DNA of 64,000 nucleotides from Raillietiella orientalis (taxonomy: Eukaryota), in contig JAYWIR010000007.1 of NCBI GenBank assembly GCA_036172245.1, forward strand, positions 4,774,001 to 4,838,000, read 5' to 3'. This document shows positions 51,931 through 64,000 of the stretch, piece by piece (the first letter of the stretch is position 1; every line of letters begins with the position of its first letter). The notes beneath the pieces are model-generated. The model did no database searches. It saw only the letters and a program-made list of their open reading frames with translations, and was not told the DNA's origin. Made by a program: the position numbers and the translations under genes.

Positions 51931-54599
51931 TCATATATGCTAATTGATCCATCTCGCAGAAGATCTTCTAAATCCACTTATTAATGTTAATCTGACAAAA
52001 CATTCTACAATATCTGAAGTGTAGGGGTAAGCAGTAATAGGTTGCCTTGGATGTGTATGCTCACCTTAGTTATTTGGGAGAATTGCTTTCTAAGGAATTG
52101 CTGGCATTATTTATTCTTAAGAGTGATCTTCCAGGGATTCTGTGTGAGTATACGGATTGCAAGTGAGCCCTCCATCTGCAGAAACACTGCATTTCCCAAT
52201 TCAATCTACTTGATAACGGTGAATGGATGAAACAAGCGATTTTATAAAACAGCTTACAAACCTTACACTTAGCTTGCAGAACACTGAAATTTTCAGACGG
52301 CTACTGACATTCATCATTTCATTGAAATAATTTCTTTAGAATCATTAGATGCGAGTAAACAGATGAGTAGATCCATCATTGATCTAAATGTTTCATTAAA
52401 GTTTTGAATAGAATTTGTCGATTTATAAAATTCATCAGATTTGGAAGCTATACTATTGTACATCTCTCTTTTAAACGAAACTTTAGCCGGGTCATTCTCA
52501 CCGCTAAACAGACAAAAAGAAAAGTATAAGTAATTAATAAGTTCAATAAGGTTTCAACCTTCAGATGGATAAAATTTTCAATTTACGTAGAATTCACATT
52601 TTCGTGCATGCTCTCTACCCCGCTTCTCTATGCCTTTTCAAAAATCACAGTGAAACTTCTATGAATTCAGAATTATAGTGCATAGATAGTCGGATAGTGA
52701 ATTACTTTGCTGAATATTTGCTTTCCTATTCTTTTGAAATGTTTTGAACTAAAATGTTTGAACTTCCAAATGCATCTTGGTTTTCTAACCCAAATATTAA
52801 GATTCGTCAGCTTAAATTTATCCCTTTCTCATAACAGTGAATTGCACGCTATTTTAAGAATAAAATAAAGTTTAGTTGAATTTACTCTTTCGATCTTATC
52901 TCGTTGCAGCTCATGCAACTAAGCTACCAATTTCTTTTTATAATTTGCATGTTGGTATAAATAAGGTTTTTTTTTTTTTTTTTTTTTTTTACCTTACAAG
53001 TTATTCTCTGTAGGGATCCGTGCATTTCCCAACCCCATCGTTTCATGGGCTGCAAACATAAATGCAATGCAAGCTAGACTTCCAGAAAAAGACCAAGCAT
53101 AAAATGAATACATGCTATAATAAAACACAGTACGCAAATCTATATTGAATGTTAGAAATCTTTGGGTTTTGCAGTGTGTTTCAAAGTGCCCATTACTGTA
53201 ATGACCCATTAAATACAAAACGGCTGGCATCTATTGCAATTTTGGGAATATGGGGGCACTTAATAGAGAATTTTGCATGGGGAGTTTGAGGAGTCCTCTG
53301 AATCTTTCATGCTAAATTTCCCCAATCGGCTCAGAGTACAATGATGCGATCTTCGAGAAACGCTAATGAACCAAACAGTTTTGCTTTAGATCCTTCTATC
53401 GCCTTTTTTTTTTCTTCTATTCAAACCCAATAAATGTGATTTATATTATTGACAACTATTTGTCTTGAGGAATTGTTTAGAAATCGAAAATAATCTGCCA
53501 ACGTAATTCTACCAATGGTTGAATTTAAAGAGAAATGCACACTTTAAACATTTTTATTAGAAATTTTCAAAATATCACGGAAGTAGACGTACTTGAATGT
53601 CTCCCCAAATCTGAGAATCCATAAATGGAATTTTGTAAGTTCAACTCAACATTTTTACTCAGATCTGCGTTTGCTCTTAAATACAGCTTAATAGTTTGAA
53701 ATATTAATAATTCGGCGTAACTGAAAGGATTTCCTACTGTATCATCAAAGCTCCATCTTTATTCACGAGCTTGTGGCCAAGTTATGGCAGTTATGGTTAT
53801 GCCAGGTAATGGTATGACGGCATTTAAACTCCATAATTGTGTTTTCTAATTCTTAAAGCGATTAACATAGTAATGCTGATTCAAAGATGAGAATCCCGAC
53901 CATTAACTGTTATTGCCAAGTTCCGAGTTCAAACCTCTGAATTCGGCGGCATCTCTCAGGGCAAAATACTAGAACAAAATGTTTCTTTTTTAAAGAAAAA
54001 AAAAACACGCATCAAACTTTTTGCCTGGGAATCAAGAAATTATAATATTCCTTTAGTATACTGTGAGAATCAGAATTTTTGTCATACTCAAGTCATTCTC
54101 GACCAAAATTTCTGCACCGTGGTAATGTTTGAAAAAAGTTCGTGCTGTAGGCTATTCAATAAAATAAAATGATTTCTTAATTTTTTTTTATTTGAGAAAT
54201 TCAATGATAGCAATTAATATTAGCACATTAACGATCTGAATAGGATAACAATCCTATTTATATCGATAATGTGCTAATGTTAATATGCTAATAGTAAATA
54301 CTTGTTACTACTAAATCAAGAGTAATTTCTTCACTTGGGACCTTTCAGCCATTTGCTCAGTAATTATTTTGGAGACCTGAAATCTTCAATTAGAACTCGG
54401 TTTGCAGATAAAGAGTTTTGGTTATAATTCCTTATAAAAACTTTAATCAAAATATGACTGTTTCAAAGAGCATGGGAAACACGCCTATGGATAACTATTT
54501 TATAAATTGTTACAAAGAGATTTTGATTTATTGAAATGTTTTGATCGTTATCAGGTATTTTGGATGAGTACTTTTCCTGCTACAAAGATTTCAATTTAA

Positions 54600-56080
54600 T
54601 AAGACTTTGTCTCAATGTATATAGAGGTTGTTCAAGATATAAAAGCTACTAAAGCAAACCTTATGCATCATCATAGCACATTTTTCGTTCGATTTCAATT
54701 TGAGAACTCTTGTAGCTGTTGTGAGATGAAGTCCTTAAACGTAGGTTCGTACATACTTTGGCAACGAAGCACTTAAATGTTTCTGAATAAAGCTTGAACA
54801 TAAGTAAACAAATTGCTTTGTTATGCAAGCATTTTAAAAATACATCCACCTGTTTGGAATCTTGAAGGAGTTTTTAAAGTTTCTCTTGGAAATCTCAATA
54901 TTTGAATTCCCAAATAGGTTTTAAGGTATAGATTATCGAACATGAAAAACATGAAAAATTCACTTTAGAGACTTATGGGGCATCAAATGCAGATTTATGT
55001 TTTAAGCTTCATTGTAAATTAAAGAAAGACATAAGCATATGCTTGTTGATCTGCTAAACTTCGAAAGACATCATTTTAACAAAAAAACCTGAAGTATGGA
55101 TGCTTCACATGTGTTCATACATGCATATCTTATTCGCTATTAACATACATTTCACATACCTGGATGTATGTCAGTGTAAGAATATATGTTATCGTGATCG
55201 ATGAAATGAGTGTTCTCTCTGCAGACATGCATATGTTTGATGCATATTTCCCCATGTTCTTTTTTTTTTTTTCCTTCCACTTTCTGTTCCAACTTTTAAA
55301 ATTCGAGCTTTGTCACTGCAGTAACCCTTCTCCGGTAGTGACTTTAAGGAAGCCGAATGGCAATAAAGTCTTAAGGGTGGCAGTAAAGTCATTTCATAGC
55401 TAAACGAAAGCAGGAAAGATAGGAAATGAAATAAAAAATGAAATAAACCTAATACAAAAAATACACATCCATATCGTTTTATCCATTATTTCAAATTTCC
55501 TAAGAATTACCATTATGAAGTTGGAACAGTGCGTTAAAATTTTCAAAAATAAAAGAGTGAATGCAAATATTTGTTCACAATAATTCAAAAACGCAACGAA
55601 TTCATGACTTTTCAAAAGAAAATCTTCCATAAATTCTAAGAGAAATGCAGTCCGGGGAGATAAGGAATTTGGTTTAGTGGATTTATCATGTTGCAATGAG
55701 AATGATATGCTGCCACCACTTAATTATTTAATTGGATCATGAGATTAGACACATTTTCTCTTAGAAATACTGACTATTGAGATTATAAGCTCTAATATGT
55801 TTGAAAACCTATGCAAAAGCAAATTTACTAGTAGAAAGACTTAATGAGATTGAAGGGAACTCGGAAAACTGTGAAAATCACCGTCGGGTATTATTGGAGC
55901 TGTTCAAAAGGAAAAGAATGCAGAAGAGGGTGCATTCGGAAAGGCATGCAGAAAATGAGAATCGATATAAATGTTAATACGAAGTTTGCCCGAAGACGAG
56001 TAAAGATGGCAGTGAGTAATCACATACACGTCAATAAACAGACACTTAATCAGCTTGTACATCCAGTCCTTTAAGATCTA
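54600..56080 (-). pseudogene. Possible gustatory-receptor-like pseudogene
   Basis: Hydrophobic disrupted frames (SHEFVAFLNYCEQIFAFTLLF...CIRFISFF) and a phase-0 exon at 54849-~54757 (cag|VDVFLKCLHNKAICL...FVAK|gtatgt) typical of the GR penultimate exon. Confidence 0.35.
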
Positions 56081-57619
56081 CCTACTGCCTGTTGGTTACG
56101 TTTGTGTCTGGATTGCAACGATCTTTCAGTATTGTGATATTCTTTCGATCCTCTTTTCTTCTGGCTGCGTAAGCATGAAAGCTCCAAACTTTGTTTTTTG
56201 GTTTCGAGCAAGTGCACTCGATGTGGTGAAGTCGGGAGGCGGAGCACACAGCCTCGTCCTGGAAGAGCGGGCGTGCGTTAAGCGAAAACGAAAAAAAAAA
56301 GATTCCGTTCCCGGTGGTCGTATTTCCCTTATCTTTCCGAATCAGAGATCGGAGCCTCTTCCAGATCTTCCGTGCTGCCTCTGGTGCTGCTGCTGGATCG
56401 CTGCTTCCCGTCGGGGTGTCGGGGGGTAAGCGTGTCCATTGTTGCTCCCGTGTTGCGTTCGCCGCGGGTGAGTTGGCATCGGAATCGCAGCGGGGCGAAA
56501 ATCAGGCCCGTGCCCACGAAATTCGTACAGGTTTTTTTACAACGAATGTTTGGTTTGCTTCAGATGGAAGAATTTGTGCATGGAAGAACTCCCGAACGTT
56601 GAGGGACATTCACGATCGCAAGGATATGGAAACCGGCACTTCATTTAAGAGTGGGTTCCGCAGTTTTATAAAAGTGAATTCAATACCGATAAAAAAATGT
56701 AACAGAATTTCGTAGAATGTACTGTCTCCTAAATTGCTATTTGCTTTCCGCATGTTTTCTTGATATTTGCCCCCTAGTTTAACAAAGTGATGGTATTTTC
56801 GAAAATTTCTGGCAACCTTTTGTGATGGCCGATATGAAAAGTAAGTTCGTATTTCGAGAATTTCAACTGAAAACTTTAAGCTTCGGAACAAAAGACAAGG
56901 TTCTGCTAAGTAACGTTTAACATTGAATTAAGTTAGCATTTTTCTCTTCCTTTCGACGTATAGATGTTTGCTGGGCTCGTATGTTTCAGCAGTTTCTTTT
57001 TCCCCTCTTCTGACCAGGTATTCACGTTTAATAAAATCTCAAGTTTGTTGTGGAATCTTAGCAACTACGAAATCATTTATAAAACTGTGAAATTCAGATG
57101 CACACATTCACTAAGAGGACAAGATTATTATTATTATTGTTTGCAGCGATTCTCACGAGTACTTGAAAACTTTTCATCCATTTGAAAAAAGGTTGTTTTC
57201 TGACTCGACTACATCTAAAAAGATAAAATGGCACGGGATTCAGTAGAGGAAATGCGTTTCAGCTATTGAAAGTGTCTGGAAATTCAAAACATACACTAAT
57301 CACTTAGTTAGATGCAAATGTGAAACGAGAGACAAGACTTCAAAATGACAAAATTTTGTGAGTCTGTGCTCACAAGTGCTTGAGGAACTTGACCACGACT
57401 TCTTTATTTACGGGCCTACATAGATCAAAACTTTCAATGAGCAACGCATTTTCAATTTTTCAGGCTTTTCAGGCTGAACTAAGCTGAAATTTCCGTATCC
57501 ATCGTCTGAATCGTTCTCATCTCTAATTTTTCAAAGCACCTCTGCCTGCTTTCACTCTCTACTTTGCTTATTATCAAGTTGCTTCATATAGAAACCCGTT
57601 TTTTTTTTTTTTTGTTATC

Positions 57620-58700
57620 GTTTGACATGGCAGGTGGTACAGAGTACTGCTCCTAGATCGGTCGGAAGGTTCAGGGAAGATAAATGTCGAAAAAGGCCTC
57701 GGGGAACGACTCGAGTCTTGCACGTAACCACGGAAGGGGAAAAGCGAAAACTGAAGAAGCATAAGAAGCATCGTAACGAAAAGATACCATCCGAGTACAA
57801 ACACGACAGGATCATAAAGGGGGGGGGGGAAGGAAAGGTGAAAATCCTGAACTTCCCCGAAGAGATTCGAGTGCACACCGTGGTTATGAATGCTCAAGGA
57901 ATCTGCAACCCCAAAATGTGTCACAGGTAGGACAAAGTGCATTCGTGTTCACCGTGCACCGTGAAGCACAGAAGTGGGATTGTGGCGAATCTGCTCAAAG
58001 TTTGAGTGACATTGCATCCGTTTTCATTTCGTTTCGCAGCGATCCACTCGTTGTTCGGCTCGAGAGCATTTGGTGATGCAGCCGACGTTATTATCTGAAA
58101 TTACCTGAAAACGACAATTTGCTGAGTAGCCGTGTTAAAGCTGATGGTAATGATAAGGCAAAGACAAGGTCAGCTGGAAGCACAGCAGAACTCGTGAAAC
58201 TTCAAATTTTGAAAAACACATCCGCATGAAAAACAGATGGCCTGCCAGTCATTGGCAGGAGGGATTTCAATCATCTATGAGGAAGGAAGACATGCAAGTG
58301 CATCTTGCTTTCGTTTTCCACTCCAAGTTCTGGTTCGTGTGTACTTGGAAGCATGGATCCCGTCGTGCACGACTAAAAGTTCCTTTATGGTATGCCCCAG
58401 GCAAACGATTCCAAGTTTTCTACGTGGCGTCATGACTTGAGAGATCCCCCCGTTGCACTTTCGCAATCCGGATCGGATCGAATTCATCTGGTTGGATTCG
58501 AACCAAGTCCACTTGAAACTTCGGCTGCAAACCTACGACTTCGACGGTTTCCAGGAGCAAAGTGAGAAACCAAGATAGACTGGATCGAGGCCAAATCAAG
58601 CAATCGAAGTACACTCAACACCGTGGATGTGCTTTTGAAACTCAAGAAAAGCACAATCACAAATGCATTATAGAGATTTCGACAAGTAAAAGTTCCTTAA
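57620..58700 (+). mobile_element. Possible Tc1/mariner transposase relic
   Basis: VQSTAPRSVGRFRED...RKRPRGTT resembles the Tc1 HTH + GRPRKTT motif, with NRWPASHW further downstream. Disrupted frames. Confidence 0.4.
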
Positions 58701-60068
58701 CCAGAAAAGGAAAAACACTATCGTCGTCGATGCGCTCATGGTGAATGTTTTCGTAACCAAAGTTTCAGATTAAAGTGGGACAGAAAGCCAAACTAAAGTT
58801 CACAAACTGAAGAAAACGAAAGTTAAAAGATTTAGGAAGAGGTAAAATTGTTTTGGGGAAGGATCCCAAAAAATTTGGGGGAGAAACAGCCTTTACGCAA
58901 AAAATGCCCTTCATTCATATTTGATGTTCTAATTCTATAAACTGGTTGTTTTATATTGGACACACACGAGAATATGCATTACATGTATACTTTAAGAACC
59001 TTTCTCAAAGCAAAGCATATTAATGCATTTGAAAATTAGGACACCGATTCGGAGAATGAAAACCCATTTTCCAATGAGGTGTTTTGTTTACTGGAATCCA
59101 CCAGACAATGAAAAGTGACTGATTTTTTCCCCCTAAATTTTCCATCAGTCTGCGGTTATTTACCTAAAGATTTAATTTTCCTCTACCTTTCGAAAACGTA
59201 CCCGCAACGACGTCGGCTAATCGCAGTGAGGAATGCGAAACAATCCTGGTCTACAGGTTACTGACAGAAGTCATCAATGTGCAAGAATGCCGGAAAAAGT
59301 ACGATGACGGCGCTTTGGAACACGTACCGTCCCCCATATTTTCGGGGATTTACACGAAGAACGGAAAACCTCCATTTGAGAAATGCCGGTCTGCCAGAGT
59401 GCATCCGGAATCTGGAGGTACCATGCTGACCACCTTGTTCCAAAACGCCAACGGCATCTCGGGAAATGATCGCTTTCCATTCTTCATGGCATGGCAGATT
59501 GAAAGCGCTTAACGTCAAGACTGAACTCGCCCATGTGGCCAATTCAGGGTGCATTCCAAACAGTTTAAACACATGCATTAGAAAGTGCATTTTGAGTATG
59601 TAGCTTTGGACTGAAAAACCGAGTTATTCCAGCAGGCTTTTAACAAAATACCATGAACTAGGACATAACATCCAACTGACTGTTCACAACAGGGCAGTGG
59701 CTGTCGGATCCGAAGGAGGGAGCGAAAAAAAAAGGGACAGGAAAGTGGGAGACCAAAATTTCCGAAACTGAGTGGAAAAAGTAACTCCAGTTCACATGCT
59801 TGAGAGCAGGTGCTGAAGATAATTGCCGAGACTGGTTACGCAGAAGCATTAGAATTTTATGCCGAATTATTCCGCATTCATGAACAATTCCATTAATGTG
59901 AAGGGATTATCGGAGAATGTTTACGCAGGTTCATCCTGAGGCATTCTCCATAATTATAAATGTTGAAACTTTTTTTTTCATATCAAGCATCTATTTATGT
60001 TAGCAAACTCTACATCTGATGCTGCAAAAGCAATTTTCCATGAAAGAATTTTCATGTCTCATGTGCAG

Positions 60069-61874
60069 GAGTAACGTGCAGAAGTGTGCAAACAGCAACG
60101 ACACGAAATGCTGCACTCCAAACAAGGAGAAATACGAAAATTCAAACTCAATGGTTGTTTCCTGGTGATGGCTATGTTAGCAGAAAACAAGATCACACAC
60201 TTGCTCCTACTGGCATGTACGTAACAGCAGAAGATAAAGAAAAGGAGCTAGCTCAAAAGGTACGAACATACACATTTGATATACGTTAAATTTTAATTGT
60301 TGATATGTACTGGGAATGCTGATATATAATAGCATTTTTCTAATCAAAAAAATGATCTCAGGTAGCTATTATCCAAAGGTGCTGCAATATGTATCTGGCA
60401 CGTAAGCGATGGAAAGAATTTAAAAATAAGATGGAAGAAATCATAAAATGGGAAAAACAACAAAAAGCTGCAGAAGAGAAAATGACAAAGTCATTCCAAC
60501 AATTACTAAAAACCAAAAAATCAAACCCTAAGACACAGAACGATTTTAATTTGGTAATAATAAATAATACATCTCTAATTTAATAGCTTACCAAGATCTT
60601 TAATAGCTATACCAAGATCTTTCAGAATGGTTAAGGCAGGAAACATTAAATTTAAATGAAACTACGTCTGGCGCTGAAAGAAAAGCTGCTAAGTATGATT
60701 TGTTCATTGAAGAAGAGGACAAGCTTTTGAGCATTCTGAGTATCCATAATGAAGTGAATAAACAACAAAAGATGAGAAAAGTTAACAGCATCTTGAAAAA
60801 GGTACTGAGAACTGAGAACAATACCAAAAACGAACTCTTGTTTTTCAGTTAGAAACCCCAGTCACATTCATCAATGAAAAAGGAAATCCTATAGAAATAT
60901 ACAATGAAACTACAATAGAAGCTTCAGAATTCAGAATGATTTATCGACACCTTTGCACATTTAATATGCCTGCAACAGAAAAAATAATTTTTTTAACCAA
61001 TGTTATTAGAAAAGTAAGATTTGAAATTTACTAAATGACACAAGATGACTAAAATTCACAGATTAAATCTTATAAAACACCCAATTCTCTAGAGTCACAA
61101 AGGCTTATGGAGCGTGAAATAGGTTTGATATTAAAAGGAGTATCACCTGCTTACCTCAAAGGGCTGCACAGGAGAGTACTGCTGTTCTATCAGCAATTTA
61201 TAAAGGAGCTGTATTTTTCCTCTGAGGTGATGACATATTTTCATAAGTTACATCATTTTTTATTTTGAATTTGAAGAAAACTAAAAAAAAACTTTGTACA
61301 TCATGTGGAAAATTTAGATCAGTAGATGACTTCTTATCAGCTGTGTACTATAATTATAGTAGATGTAAGTACTGCCACCACCTAATGAATATAGGCTACA
61401 CTCGTCAAGATTATACACTGTATGAACTGCTACTCAAAGAAATACGAAAAACTGGAGAAAAAAAGGCAAATAAGCTTGCATTTCTTCTGCAGGTATGTCA
61501 TATGAATTAGCCTACATTAATTCAACATGCAGTATTTCAAAAACCAGCCAAAAGATGTGAAATATTTGGTGCACATTATATGGAAAAGCCAGTCTGCATT
61601 CAGTGGCACTAAAGGTGTGATTAATTTATGCTTACCTTGCTGGGATAAAAAATATCCCTGGTCACCTTGGAACTGTATTTTATTATCCCATGCAGAAGCA
61701 AGAATGCATGAAAACATAGATGTGTTGCAAATGGTAATTTCCAAAAATTAAAAGTACTCACAAGCTTCTGTTTTTCAGGTTTATCATCCAAATTTTATTC
61801 AGAGGATTTTAAATTATCAACTACTCTCTTATAAGCACTTTTCTATTTATCAGAAATTCCTGCCATCCACCTAG
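60069..61874 (+). CDS. IQUB: IQ and ubiquitin-like domain protein (IQUB-like), 5' end unresolved; exons 60069-60259, 60362-60553, 60607-60801, 60849-61013, 61062-61226, 61277-61492, 61548-61733, 61779-61874, with a candidate upstream exon ending ~59418
   Basis: QT repeats, GYVS...P.G.YVTA, IQ motif IIQRCCNMYLARKR, NPKT..DFNLLY, CxxC...CxxC and the signature PWSPWNCILLS..EA..H. All exons in phase. Confidence 0.88.
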
Positions 61875-61927
61875 ATCATTAAAATGTATGCCTGATTCCT
61901 AAATTAAAATCTCGAGTACAGTGTGTG

Positions 61928-62822
61928 TTAAATTCTTTTAATTGGTTCATTTTCACAGCTGTTTATGATTTCCACAACTGGCCTATATATTTCATCATTT
62001 AGTTGTTCTATGCTTTTGCTTGCATCCAGTATTTTCCAATTTTCATCTATGAAACATTCATAATTCTTGTAAACTCGTTTTTGAAAATCGATATTTTCAT
62101 AGCGTTCATCTCCAAATCCTTCCCTCAGTTTTAAAGCTTCATCACTCAAATTTAGGAAAAAGACCAAATCTGGCTGAAGAAGTGATTTCTCTGAATTGTA
62201 GCACCAATGAATATCCATATTCTAGAATGAGTAATTAGTGAAATGAAACTCTTGAATTCCTTTTTTACAGGTTTTGCTGCACTAAAGGCTATTCCTGAAT
62301 AGGAGTATCTGTCAGCTATTAGGGTTGTGCCTCCTAATAATCTATCTTTCATATACTCACTGAAATATAATAGTTAATTTTAGAATTCTTACAAACTGCA
62401 AAATAACACACTTGGGACAAATACCAATTTATATACATAGGACCTTGTAATTTGAAACCTTCCAAAAAGAATGTGAAAAGACATCACATTCATGTATGCA
62501 AAAATTTTCCAATGCAAACTAATGAATGCTTACTATTTTTCCCATCTGTTCGCAGTAAACAGTAAATGAAGGGCATGATCCTCCACTTCAAGTGCACTCC
62601 GCAAATACGAATCTATTAGCTTGCCAATGGGTGACCGCCTATCTAAAAATTTGCATATATTGCAAACGATAAATTGCTTTTGTCACCTGGAAACTTTAGC
62701 AATTCTGCTTTCACATTATGTTTCCGCAATCGCTCAACCAGTAATGTTCCTTGTGTGGTTTTGCCACTTCTATCACAGCCTTCCAACGCAATGAATGCTC
62801 CTCGTTTAAAACGTCTGGCCAT
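61928..62822 (-). CDS. DTYMK: Thymidylate kinase; exons 62822-62687, 62642-62534, 62359-62269, 62221-61928 (209 aa)
   Basis: RGAFIALEGCDRSGKTTQ P-loop, FPDR, HLLFTANRWE, DRYSYSGIAFS, PDLV and FGDERYE. Confidence 0.97.
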
Positions 62823-63789
62823 TTAAAAATTCTACTGATGCAAATATCACACTTTCAAAATTGTCAAAAGAGTACCTCTATGTTTCTGAATTTGAGGAGT
62901 AAATGGGATCTATTATTTTGCACGGAAGAAACTTACCCTAATCCTGGAAAATTAACATGGAACAGTTCAACAGTTCATGCTCATTCCCTTCAGCAAAAAA
63001 GCGCACAGTTAGGTCAGTTTCATGGACCGCCTCCAGAAATCGGCAATCGGCTTGAAATTCAATCTCCTTATTGCAAAAATGGGTAAAACTAACCATTCAT
63101 TAGGCAATGTGATCTAGACCGAGGTCCTCCGATTAAATCCAAAAAGCTCTTTGGGAAACAATTCAAATGCACCTCTTACTTATTTTATGAGCTAATCAAA
63201 ACTAAATTTTTTTATTGAAGCAGATGAAGTAAACTTATTCAAAAGGATAGAATATTTTGCAAAAAAAAAAAAAAAAACGTACCATTGTAAACAGTCGCAT
63301 AAAAGGCAACGGCCGCCACAAATTACACATGAAAATGACAACCTATTTTAGAAAACCCGAAAATTGGGAGGTAGACGGTATGTACTTCATGTTACTCCTA
63401 ACCCTTGCTTTTTGTTCTCAACCCACGTGTCTTGCACATATAGGAGATACTTTCAATTAATTTTCTATTTGCTGTTTTGAGAGCCGTGCGTAGGTCCCAG
63501 TGGATGTGCCTTTTATACCTGATTTTATAAAGTTTATAAAATCAAGTAAACTATTTCTTATTGGAATTTTTGGACGGAGAAAATGAAAAAAAATTGCTAG
63601 TACAGCCTTGTCAGAAACTTCAAAGCATGCGAGGCTTTCCATAGTGAGTTTGCTGCAATTTTCATTGTCTATCCTGTTAAAGAATTTCACAATTGCTTCT
63701 TACTCCACTCTCAAACAGATTGGTTTCTGCAAAAAGGAGATTCTTACGATTTTGTGTGTAATGAGATTATTGTTTTTGGCTATTATGGA

Positions 63790-64000
63790 GGAAAAAAAGG
63801 AGTGATGTATGGTAATTTCTCGGTCGATGACGACACTAAGAAGCTCAATTGCCGGCACTGCAAAAACACAATCAGTGCAACTGGAGTCAGCGTTGGGAAT
63901 CTGTTTCGACACTTGCAAACTAAGCACTCAACAGTTCCCTTGATCAGAATAACACCATCCGGAGAAGTAGCTCTGTCATTCATTCTTCTGCCCCATGTAA
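63790..64000 (+). mobile_element. BED zinc-finger fragment (hAT transposase-like N-terminus), frameshifted
   Basis: KRSDVW / NFSVDDDTKKLNCRHCKNTISATGVSVGNLFRHLQTKH matches BED W-F-CxxC-NL.RHL...H, with a frameshift after W. Runs to the window edge. Confidence 0.7.

Noticed and set aside
52310..52505. Possible terminal exon on the minus strand (62 open codons after an acceptor)
   Set aside because: No in-phase upstream exon and no recognisable protein similarity.

Overview
Eukaryotic genomic DNA, probably from an arthropod (inferred from the gene set and very short spliceosomal introns). I built eight spliced protein-coding genes by hand, each with consistent intron phases: V-ATPase subunit A (-), a MYND/SET (SMYD-type) protein with altered catalytic motifs (+), a single-C2HC zinc-finger protein (+), a triple-RRM protein (+), BRF1 (-), a BTB-BACK-PHR gene (BTBD3/6-like) nested antisense in a BRF1 intron (+), IQUB (+, 5' end unresolved) and thymidylate kinase (-). 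From about 4.5 to 31.7 kb there is a GC/CpG-rich domain filled with decayed L1/Tx1-like non-LTR retrotransposon fragments and three copies of a tRNA-derived SINE. Several of the retroelement copies share a structured 3'UTR motif and a terminal hairpin. The AT-rich right half holds further relics (zf-RVT, Tc1-like, BED/hAT) and two possible chemoreceptor-like pseudogenes. Most short ORFs in the supplied track are spurious. All family assignments come from motif recognition by eye; no database search was run.
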